A stretch of 64,000 bases of DNA from Anaerolineae bacterium (GTDB lineage Bacteria > Chloroflexota > Anaerolineae > Aggregatilineales > Phototrophicaceae): NCBI GenBank assembly GCA_034437835.1, contig DAOTTP010000335.1, forward strand, positions 23,663-87,662, in the 5' to 3' direction. Below the pieces are notes generated by a model. It worked only from the letters and a program-made list of their open reading frames with translations. It did no database searches and had not been told where the DNA came from. Numbering within the stretch: the stretch's first letter is position 1; each line of letters starts with the position of its first letter. Both the position numbers and the translations under genes were made by a program. Shown in pieces: positions 57,482 through 64,000 of this stretch.

Positions 57482-58719
57482 GCGACCACGACTTACTACT
57501 GAAGATTCAGCGGTTGCAGTTCAATGAGAGGAGTGAGGCCGAGGCCTTGCTCCTCTCATTTGTGCGCGAGATGTTCCCTCAATTGGGCATCCAATCACTG
57601 GAACTACGCCCACAGGCTACCTCATTGAACTCATTCAATGGCTTTTTGCACCTCGCCGATGGCGCACGCCTGTTTTTCAAGACTCACACCGAACAAGATA
57701 ATGCCATTTCGGAGTACTACAACGCTGAAATGCTGGATGCAGCTGGGTATCCGGTGGTCAGACCATTGTATAGTTCAACCTCTGCCGGACAGCAATTGCT
57801 CATCTACCCAGTGATTGCATCACCCTCGGTATTCGATGTAGCACGGGCGCTTGAAACGGGTCGCGCTACAAGTACAACACTTGAGGCATTAACAATCGCC
57901 CAAAATACCTCAGATGACCAATTGTATGCCCTCTATGAAAGCACGCTGGCATGGCAAGAACCGGATAGCGCTGCCCAAGTCGCTATACATCAATTGTTTT
58001 ATCACCGGCTGACCGGTGGGCGTCTTGAGCGATTCTACGCCGACTCCATCCCGATGACCTTGCCACACCAGACCGTTACGTGTGGGCAGTTAAAAGATGT
58101 GCGTTGGGTCATTAACGGCGCAAGTTATGCTCACACCTTGCGCGAATTGATTGCTGAGGCGATTGAGGTGTTGAACCCCGTACAAGCCAGCTCCAGCATC
58201 ATCGGGCATGGTGACGCGCACAACGGCAATGTGTTTTTTGAAGGCGATTCTTTGCGATATTTCGACCCAGCTTTTGCAGGTCGGCATCACCCTTTACTCG
58301 ACATCGTAAAGCCGATTTTCCACAACGTTTTTGCGATGTGGATGTACTTCCGCGATGAGGAACGCGCTAATTTACATATCGAAGTTGATGTTGATGCAGA
58401 TGTCTGGCGTGTGACGCACGATTACGACCTGAACCCGGTGCGCCAAATGTTTTTAGATAGCAAATTGCAACGCACTCTCATTCCTACTTTACGCCTCTTG
58501 AATCAACGAGGCTGGTTGCGCGGTGATTGGCGGCGTCAAATCAAGCTGGCTCTGATGTGCTGTCCGCTTTTAACCCTCAATTTGACGACCTTTCCGCCGG
58601 AAATCGCCCTATTGGGCGCGTCATTTTGCGTACAGATGGGTGACGAAAGCGGCGGCGTCCGCAGCGTTATTGATACGCTTTTGGATGCCGCCGCAAAAGA
58701 TGCCGGAGTTGTTGGCTGA
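57478..58719 (+). CDS. APH/choline-kinase-like phosphotransferase
   Basis: LFFKT, Brenner motif HGDAHNGN, FDP; ATGA overlap with the HisD-like gene. Confidence 0.75.
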   Translation: MSDHDLLLKIQRLQFNERSEAEALLLSFVREMFPQLGIQSLELRPQATSLNSFNGFLHLADGARLFFKTHTEQDNAISEYYNAEMLDAAGYPVVRPLYSSTSAGQQLLIYPVIASPSVFDVARALETGRATSTTLEALTIAQNTSDDQLYALYESTLAWQEPDSAAQVAIHQLFYHRLTGGRLERFYADSIPMTLPHQTVTCGQLKDVRWVINGASYAHTLRELIAEAIEVLNPVQASSSIIGHGDAHNGNVFFEGDSLRYFDPAFAGRHHPLLDIVKPIFHNVFAMWMYFRDEERANLHIEVDVDADVWRVTHDYDLNPVRQMFLDSKLQRTLIPTLRLLNQRGWLRGDWRRQIKLALMCCPLLTLNLTTFPPEIALLGASFCVQMGDESGGVRSVIDTLLDAAAKDAGVVG

Positions 58720-58725
58720 GGTGTA

Positions 58726-59736
58726 TTAAACGCCGAGGAATTGCTTTAGGCGGGCGAAATTCGGAGATTCACTCTGGAATACAAAATTCACAGGCGATAC
58801 GACGACCTGAGAACTGCCAATTTCGCGCAGATAATTAACCGCCAGCAGTACATCCTTCGCCAAAATATTGATGGTGACGGTATACCATTGTTGCCCGTTG
58901 CCGTTTATCCCATGAATAGGCGCGATAGTCGGCCCTTGTAGGCCACGAGTCAGCGGATTAGCGGCAACCTTGTGCGTCACTTCCTCAGCCGATTCGCCGC
59001 AGATATTCACCGTGAGTTGGCGGTAACGTTTGCCTTGCAAAGCTGCATCGAAATACTCTAGGAGGATTTGTGCAGCGGCCAACGTCTCTGGATTATTCCG
59101 CAGTGCTTGAAGATTGCCGACCAAACACGCTTGCGCCTCAACGATTGTGCCGTCGTCGAGAGGTTTCAGGTGATTTTCACGCAGGGTCGTGCCGGTTTGC
59201 ACCAAGTCTACGATGATGTCGGCATACCCAATCGTAGGTGCGGCTTCAATAGCGCCTTCCGCTCGGACAATCGTGAAGTGATGGATGCCGTTGGCATGGA
59301 GGAATTGACGCGCTAAGTATGTGTAGGTCGTCGCTACGCGCAGACTGCGCTGTTGGTCGCGCCGTAAATCATTGGCGATGTCGCTCAGGTCAGAGACGGT
59401 TTCCACATCAACCCAACTCTCCGGCACAGCGACGACTAAACGGCAGTGACCGTAATCCAACGCCGGATGAATCACCACGAGGTCAGGGTGTGGATTTTCG
59501 CAGACCACATCATAGCCGGTGATGCCAAGCTGAACTGTCCCGTCCGAGACTTTGTAAAGCACGTCTTTCACGCGCTGGAACAACACGCCAAGTCCCGGAA
59601 CAGCCGGGATAGAGCCGGTATATTGGCGCTCATTGGGTTTGTGGACGCGCAACCCACAGTCCTTGAGAAAACTCAGGGTTGGTTCTGCGATTGCACCCTT
59701 GCTGGGCAAGGCTAACATGACGGATTGAGACGACAT
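58726..59736 (-). CDS. hisG: ATP phosphoribosyltransferase, long form
   Basis: LALPSKG, GITGYD, YGHCRL.VAVP, GAIEAAP, DLVQTGTTL.EN.LK, C-terminal GPTIAP domain. Confidence 0.93.
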   Translation of the reverse strand: MSSQSVMLALPSKGAIAEPTLSFLKDCGLRVHKPNERQYTGSIPAVPGLGVLFQRVKDVLYKVSDGTVQLGITGYDVVCENPHPDLVVIHPALDYGHCRLVVAVPESWVDVETVSDLSDIANDLRRDQQRSLRVATTYTYLARQFLHANGIHHFTIVRAEGAIEAAPTIGYADIIVDLVQTGTTLRENHLKPLDDGTIVEAQACLVGNLQALRNNPETLAAAQILLEYFDAALQGKRYRQLTVNICGESAEEVTHKVAANPLTRGLQGPTIAPIHGINGNGQQWYTVTINILAKDVLLAVNYLREIGSSQVVVSPVNFVFQSESPNFARLKQFLGV

Positions 59737-59739
59737 GAG

Positions 59740-61044
59740 CTATTCAGACTCCAAGCGGGCGGCAATCTTTTCGACGGAAGCATAGGCGTGGCCGTTCAAC
59801 AACAATGTCCCATCAGGAAATACTTGGACGTGGTGTGCTGCGACATCTCCGTCAAGCGCGGTAGGGATATCTTGCGCCCGGAGTTGGCGGGCGATTGCGA
59901 TAGCGTGTTGTTCGCCACCGGCCTCGGCAGTGACGGTCACACGGGTGGCTGGATAGGCGTTATGGTCGTCCCCAAAATGCCGATACAGCGCATCCACATC
60001 CAGCCCAAAACCAATAGCTGGGGTGTCATTGACATCACCAAATAGGCGCATCAGGCCGTCATAGCGCCCGCCGCCGCCTAAGGGTAATCCGCTTGCAGTA
60101 CGCACCTCAAACACGATGCCGGTATAGTAATCCCAGACGCGACTGAGGTCTGGGCGTAGGATGATCTGATCCGCCGACACGCCATACCCCGTCAAAAGGG
60201 TCAAGGTGCGTTTCCATGCCGCATAGAGGGTTTTGCTATGGTCACTGCTGAGATGTGGTTTAATCTGGTCAAAGGCGTGTTCTAGTGAGCCTTCGATCTG
60301 CACCCAATGATCCAAAAAGACTAGCGCGGCTTCAATCGCCTCGACATCTTCTATACGGTGGCGCTTCTGGACAAGACGACGGGCGATTTCCTCACGGGTA
60401 CGCCCGCCAAAGGCTGACGAGCGCGGCGTAATCCCCATAATGGTTGAGATAATCGCCTCATCCGCATCGTTGGAGATGCCTTCCTTCAAAGCATCGAAGG
60501 TCAAGAACTTTTTGAGCTTCTCGCGCACAACACTCAAACCACCAGCCGCCAGTAGCCCGCGCTGATTGAGTAGAAATTGGATGACTTGTGAATCGATTTG
60601 GAATGACTCTAGGATTTCACGAGTCAACCCGGCGTGACCAATCACCAGACGTATCTCGGATAGCCCTTGCGCCATCAGCGCCTCAAAGACCAATCCGAGC
60701 AGTTCGGCATCTGCCGACGATTCACCCCAACCAATCAGTTCAGCGCCGAGATGATGTCGTGCAAAGGATTCCCCTGGATTTTCTGGTTCCTGAAAGACCG
60801 GCCCATAAAACTGCCAGCGTTTGATACCCTGTCCTTCATGCGCGTATTCCATCGCAGCCGAAGCGGTGAATTCGGGTCGCAACGCATAAGCACGATTCCC
60901 ACGCTCAAACGTGACCAACCGTTCAATCACGCGGTCTCCGCCTTTGGTCAGGAAGGTTTCTACCTCTCCAATCAAAGGCGATTCACGCTGCTCATATCCA
61001 GCCAGCGCGAGGTGGCGCTGGAACTTTTCTGGGGAAAATCCCAT
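59740..61044 (-). CDS. hisZ: ATP phosphoribosyltransferase regulatory subunit (HisRS paralog)
   Basis: ALRPEFT, Y.GPVF, GAELIG, DYYTGIVFE, GGGRYD.L, PAIGF; directly upstream of hisG. Confidence 0.88.
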   Translation of the reverse strand: MGFSPEKFQRHLALAGYEQRESPLIGEVETFLTKGGDRVIERLVTFERGNRAYALRPEFTASAAMEYAHEGQGIKRWQFYGPVFQEPENPGESFARHHLGAELIGWGESSADAELLGLVFEALMAQGLSEIRLVIGHAGLTREILESFQIDSQVIQFLLNQRGLLAAGGLSVVREKLKKFLTFDALKEGISNDADEAIISTIMGITPRSSAFGGRTREEIARRLVQKRHRIEDVEAIEAALVFLDHWVQIEGSLEHAFDQIKPHLSSDHSKTLYAAWKRTLTLLTGYGVSADQIILRPDLSRVWDYYTGIVFEVRTASGLPLGGGGRYDGLMRLFGDVNDTPAIGFGLDVDALYRHFGDDHNAYPATRVTVTAEAGGEQHAIAIARQLRAQDIPTALDGDVAAHHVQVFPDGTLLLNGHAYASVEKIAARLESE

Positions 61045-61115
61045 GACATACTCCGTGTCGCCTATCAGTCAGTAACCAATCATAGCGACACAATGGGAGG
61101 ACGCAAGGTCTGCCC

Positions 61116-61925
61116 TCAGCTTTTCCGCAATAGGCTGACCATCAGCCCCAGCGTACCAATACCGCCAAGCAGCAAGATTGGCGCAATTGGCGGTAGATTT
61201 GAGGCGGTCTCGCGGATGTTAAGCAAGTCAGGCACAGCGGTGGCCGTAGGCTCTAAATTTGCGGCGGAGAGCAAATCGCCCAAATTGGGGACGGGCGTAT
61301 AAGTCGGAAGGCGGACGCCGCCTTCTGGGTTGAGGCTGGTTTCACTGAACGTTGCATCGGGGTCTACGCCAACCGGGCCAACCAAAACACGCGCCTCGGC
61401 GGTGATTGTCGCGTCTGCGCCGGGGAGAATCGGGATCACATCTAATCCCGATACCGAGGCTGACGCTATATCTGAGACAGTATCCACGATGGTCAAGTCT
61501 GGGATGAGCGCCAAATCGCCGACGAGTTGTATCAACTCATCGTAAACATAGCCGAGACCGTTGGGTGAATTTGGGAAGCGGAATTGTATCCAACGATAAT
61601 AGCGCCCCGTGACGGGGTAACTCTCGCCAGGTGCAATCACCCCAAGTATCTCTGATTCTGGGTCGGAGTCGCTCCGCACGTTGACATTGCCTTGACCTTC
61701 AGCCACCTGAACCTGCACTGGGCCAATCGGGGTTTCCGTTGGCGTAGGCATTGGGGTTGAAGTTGCGCCAGCGCCGATGACCGGCAACGGCGTCGGTGAC
61801 GCCAACTGCACGACGATGGGCGTTGGGTTGTCTTGCGCGGATGTTAGGGTTGAGATGTGACTCAGGCTATAGGCGACTCCGCTGACGAGGAGCGCGGCGG
61901 CCAGCCGGTTGAGAGGGATTCGCAT
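61116..61925 (-). CDS. SH3-domain surface protein with Pro/Thr linkers and C-terminal membrane anchor
   Basis: Signal peptide; NVNVRS...ILG.I..G..Y.V.GR...W SH3 pattern; hydrophobic tail followed by RKS. Confidence 0.75.
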   Translation of the reverse strand: MRIPLNRLAAALLVSGVAYSLSHISTLTSAQDNPTPIVVQLASPTPLPVIGAGATSTPMPTPTETPIGPVQVQVAEGQGNVNVRSDSDPESEILGVIAPGESYPVTGRYYRWIQFRFPNSPNGLGYVYDELIQLVGDLALIPDLTIVDTVSDIASASVSGLDVIPILPGADATITAEARVLVGPVGVDPDATFSETSLNPEGGVRLPTYTPVPNLGDLLSAANLEPTATAVPDLLNIRETASNLPPIAPILLLGGIGTLGLMVSLLRKS

Positions 61926-61954
61926 AGAAGGTATTCCAATCGTTCGACTTGATG

Positions 61955-63508
61955 TTAATGAGAAATCCAGTTAATCGGGTCGGTGCGGCCTTGTTCAGCG
62001 GTGCGTATTTCGCCGCCGCGTTGTAGCGTCCCTTGATATTCCTGACCAACCAGACCGTAAACCCGCCATCCGCTCATCACGAATGAACCGTCCGATAACA
62101 CTCCGCATGGGGTGCAATCTGCCGGAATCCACTCGCCATTGAGCCTACGCCCGATATGCAGATGGGTTGCTGTCGAAAATCCGCCCTCGCATGACGCATA
62201 GCCAATCACATCATTGGCGGCAACCGTACTACCAACCGCTATACGTCCCGCCGATGCGAGATGCAAATATAACACCGTCCATCCTGTACGTTCATCCCCG
62301 TCGCCGTCAAGGTCGAGGACGACTAAGCCCGGTTCGCTACGCGCAATCTTCCCTGAGGCTAACGCCCGTGTCGCAAATGCGGAGGTGAAGCATAGGCCGC
62401 CGGATAAACGCTCATCTGGGGGAGCAAAATCTACCGCCGCCCATGCGCTGCCGCTACCCCATCCGCCATGTGACCCACCAGTGAAATACCAGCGCTCATT
62501 GGGTTGGAACGGTAATTGAAGCGTCGGTTGGGGCGTGTAGGTCGGCGACGGTAGGCGTGTGGGCGCTCCAAACAGGCGCGTATAAACCGACATCATCCCA
62601 TTAGCGCTGATGTCAGTTTGCCACGCATCAATGTCGCGTTCGAGATGCAGCATATAGTAAAGTGCGACGGATGCGGCGTTGAGCGACTCATCAAAGCTGA
62701 CCCGTACCCCGTCTTTAAACTCCATGGCCGTCCAATTGCCAAACTTCCAACCATAATATGCCCTGTTGAGTTCATTGGCGACCCAAGAAAGCTGCTTATA
62801 TAAGCCTTTTCGGTCAATCCCAACCGCCTTCGACGCTTCTTCACTAATCAACGGGAAATCCAACTCAAGCGGTTGGTTGATGTTTAACCAGCCGGTGCGA
62901 TATTCCAGAATAGCGGTCAATATCCGTGCATCGACGCTGGTTTCGCGGGATACCCGGTCAATCGTATCCCAGCCAGATAATGAGATTGTATAGGCCGATC
63001 CATCGGCACGGCGCTCTGTAACCTCCACTTGTACTTGGCTGATATAGCCTGTGCTACTGCTGATGAAATCGGTGATATGAGTCGGCGCATTTGGGCCGCG
63101 CACGAAATCGTAATCGCCTATCAAAATGTTCGCAGGTGTAGAACTCCCACTGCCGCTAGGAATCATCAGAATTTGGCCGACCACTAAGATGTTTGGGTTT
63201 TCAAGGCTATTGAGGGCTACCAGTCGTTCGACAGATGTATTGAACTGCTGTGCGATGCCAAACAGTGTATCTCCGGCTGCCACGACGTAAGAACCGTCCT
63301 CACCTAATTGCGGGTCAGACACAGGTACATTAGTTGATGCTACCTCGGCCTCAACGGATGTGACTGGTGTAACGCTTTCACCGTTGACCCCTCCGGCTGT
63401 CGGCATTAATTCACGCAAGGGCGTTGCGGTGATATAGACAATTTGTGACGGCGGACTACTACATGAGATGAGCGCCATCGCCAATAGAAATATTGCCAAT
63501 CGCTGCAC
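61955..63508 (-). CDS. LysM and M23 peptidase-like lipoprotein
   Basis: Lipobox LISC; LysM YVVAAGDTLFGIA..F...L..LN.L.NPN.L.VGQ.L.IP; M23 motifs H.......A.D, YLHL, HLH; GTG start overlaps the upstream TAG. Confidence 0.85.
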   Translation of the reverse strand: MQRLAIFLLAMALISCSSPPSQIVYITATPLRELMPTAGGVNGESVTPVTSVEAEVASTNVPVSDPQLGEDGSYVVAAGDTLFGIAQQFNTSVERLVALNSLENPNILVVGQILMIPSGSGSSTPANILIGDYDFVRGPNAPTHITDFISSSTGYISQVQVEVTERRADGSAYTISLSGWDTIDRVSRETSVDARILTAILEYRTGWLNINQPLELDFPLISEEASKAVGIDRKGLYKQLSWVANELNRAYYGWKFGNWTAMEFKDGVRVSFDESLNAASVALYYMLHLERDIDAWQTDISANGMMSVYTRLFGAPTRLPSPTYTPQPTLQLPFQPNERWYFTGGSHGGWGSGSAWAAVDFAPPDERLSGGLCFTSAFATRALASGKIARSEPGLVVLDLDGDGDERTGWTVLYLHLASAGRIAVGSTVAANDVIGYASCEGGFSTATHLHIGRRLNGEWIPADCTPCGVLSDGSFVMSGWRVYGLVGQEYQGTLQRGGEIRTAEQGRTDPINWISH

Positions 63509-64000
63509 TATTCGTTGTAGCTCCAAATCCCTATTTCTCCCGGCATAATACTGACCGGGCTGGCTCCCTCGGTCAATGTATCGACAAATGAAACGCTATA
63601 CGTGGGCTGTGCGCTGTTTATCACTTCGCCATATACCAAGTATCGGCTGTCTGGCGACCAGAGATTGTGACTTTGGCTGAATTGGTCAAAATAGCTCAGA
63701 AGGTAAACCATCGTCTCTGTCGGTGTAAAGCTGGCGATGACCCGGCTGCGATTAGTGGTGATGTCTAGCAGATTCCAATTTAACACAATGCGTTGGGGTT
63801 GCGCCTGAGCGGTGTTGATGAATTGCGCCCCTGATGCGCCGCCTGCCTGATTGGGCGTCAGATAAGCCAATCGTGAACTGTCCGGCGACCAGAAGAACGC
63901 GATGACGTTGGGTTGTGCGCTGAAAGCCACCACAGCACCGCTCTGTGAATCCAACACTTGTACCGTCGTAATCCCGTCATTGGTCAAAAGTCGATAGGCT
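63508..64000 (-). CDS. TolB-like/PD40 beta-propeller protein (C-terminal part; runs off the right edge)
   Basis: Repeated WSPDS.RL/Y motifs. Confidence 0.7.
   Translation of the reverse strand, partial: AYRLLTNDGITTVQVLDSQSGAVVAFSAQPNVIAFFWSPDSSRLAYLTPNQAGGASGAQFINTAQAQPQRIVLNWNLLDITTNRSRVIASFTPTETMVYLLSYFDQFSQSHNLWSPDSRYLVYGEVINSAQPTYSVSFVDTLTEGASPVSIMPGEIGIWSYNE

Noticed and set aside
57478..58719. Aminoglycoside resistance gene
   Set aside because: Only the generic kinase motif is shared; it is much longer than APH enzymes and sits in a metabolic operon.

Overview
A gene-dense bacterial chromosomal segment of mostly core genes, with no CRISPR array, prophage, IS element or rRNA. The gene styles suggest Chloroflexota, probably Anaerolineae; this is an inference. 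Supporting features are an archaeal-type HMG-CoA synthase/thiolase/DUF35 cluster, an IPK-dependent alternative mevalonate route, archaeal/eukaryote-type Asd, long HisG plus HisZ, and many SH3/TPR/LysM surface proteins. The window holds a UvrD-like helicase/PD-(D/E)XK nuclease/RecJ repair operon, an SPT-like PLP enzyme, upper and lower mevalonate clusters, cinA, lepA, tlyA, a peptide ABC importer, rseP, hflX, trmFO, fabF, plsX, tRNA-Leu(GAG), ino1, tRNA-Glu(CTC), smpB, a CtpA-like protease, a hybrid sensor kinase, an L,D-transpeptidase, iscA/sufR-like genes, pheA, asd and his genes. The strongest signals are intact ORFs whose catalytic motifs appear rewritten: (1) a translationally coupled cinA-pyrF-like-pyrE-like operon whose PncC, OMP-decarboxylase and OPRTase active sites all look erased; (2) a remodelled HMGS-thiolase-DUF35 module with a Cys-less thiolase and a split, zinc-ribbon-less DUF35; (3) a HisD paralog with altered Zn/substrate ligands coupled to an APH-like kinase; (4) a PrsW-like protein lacking its glutamates; (5) a receiver domain with Asp-to-Glu at the phospho-acceptor site. 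All family assignments are by-eye motif recognition, not database searches.
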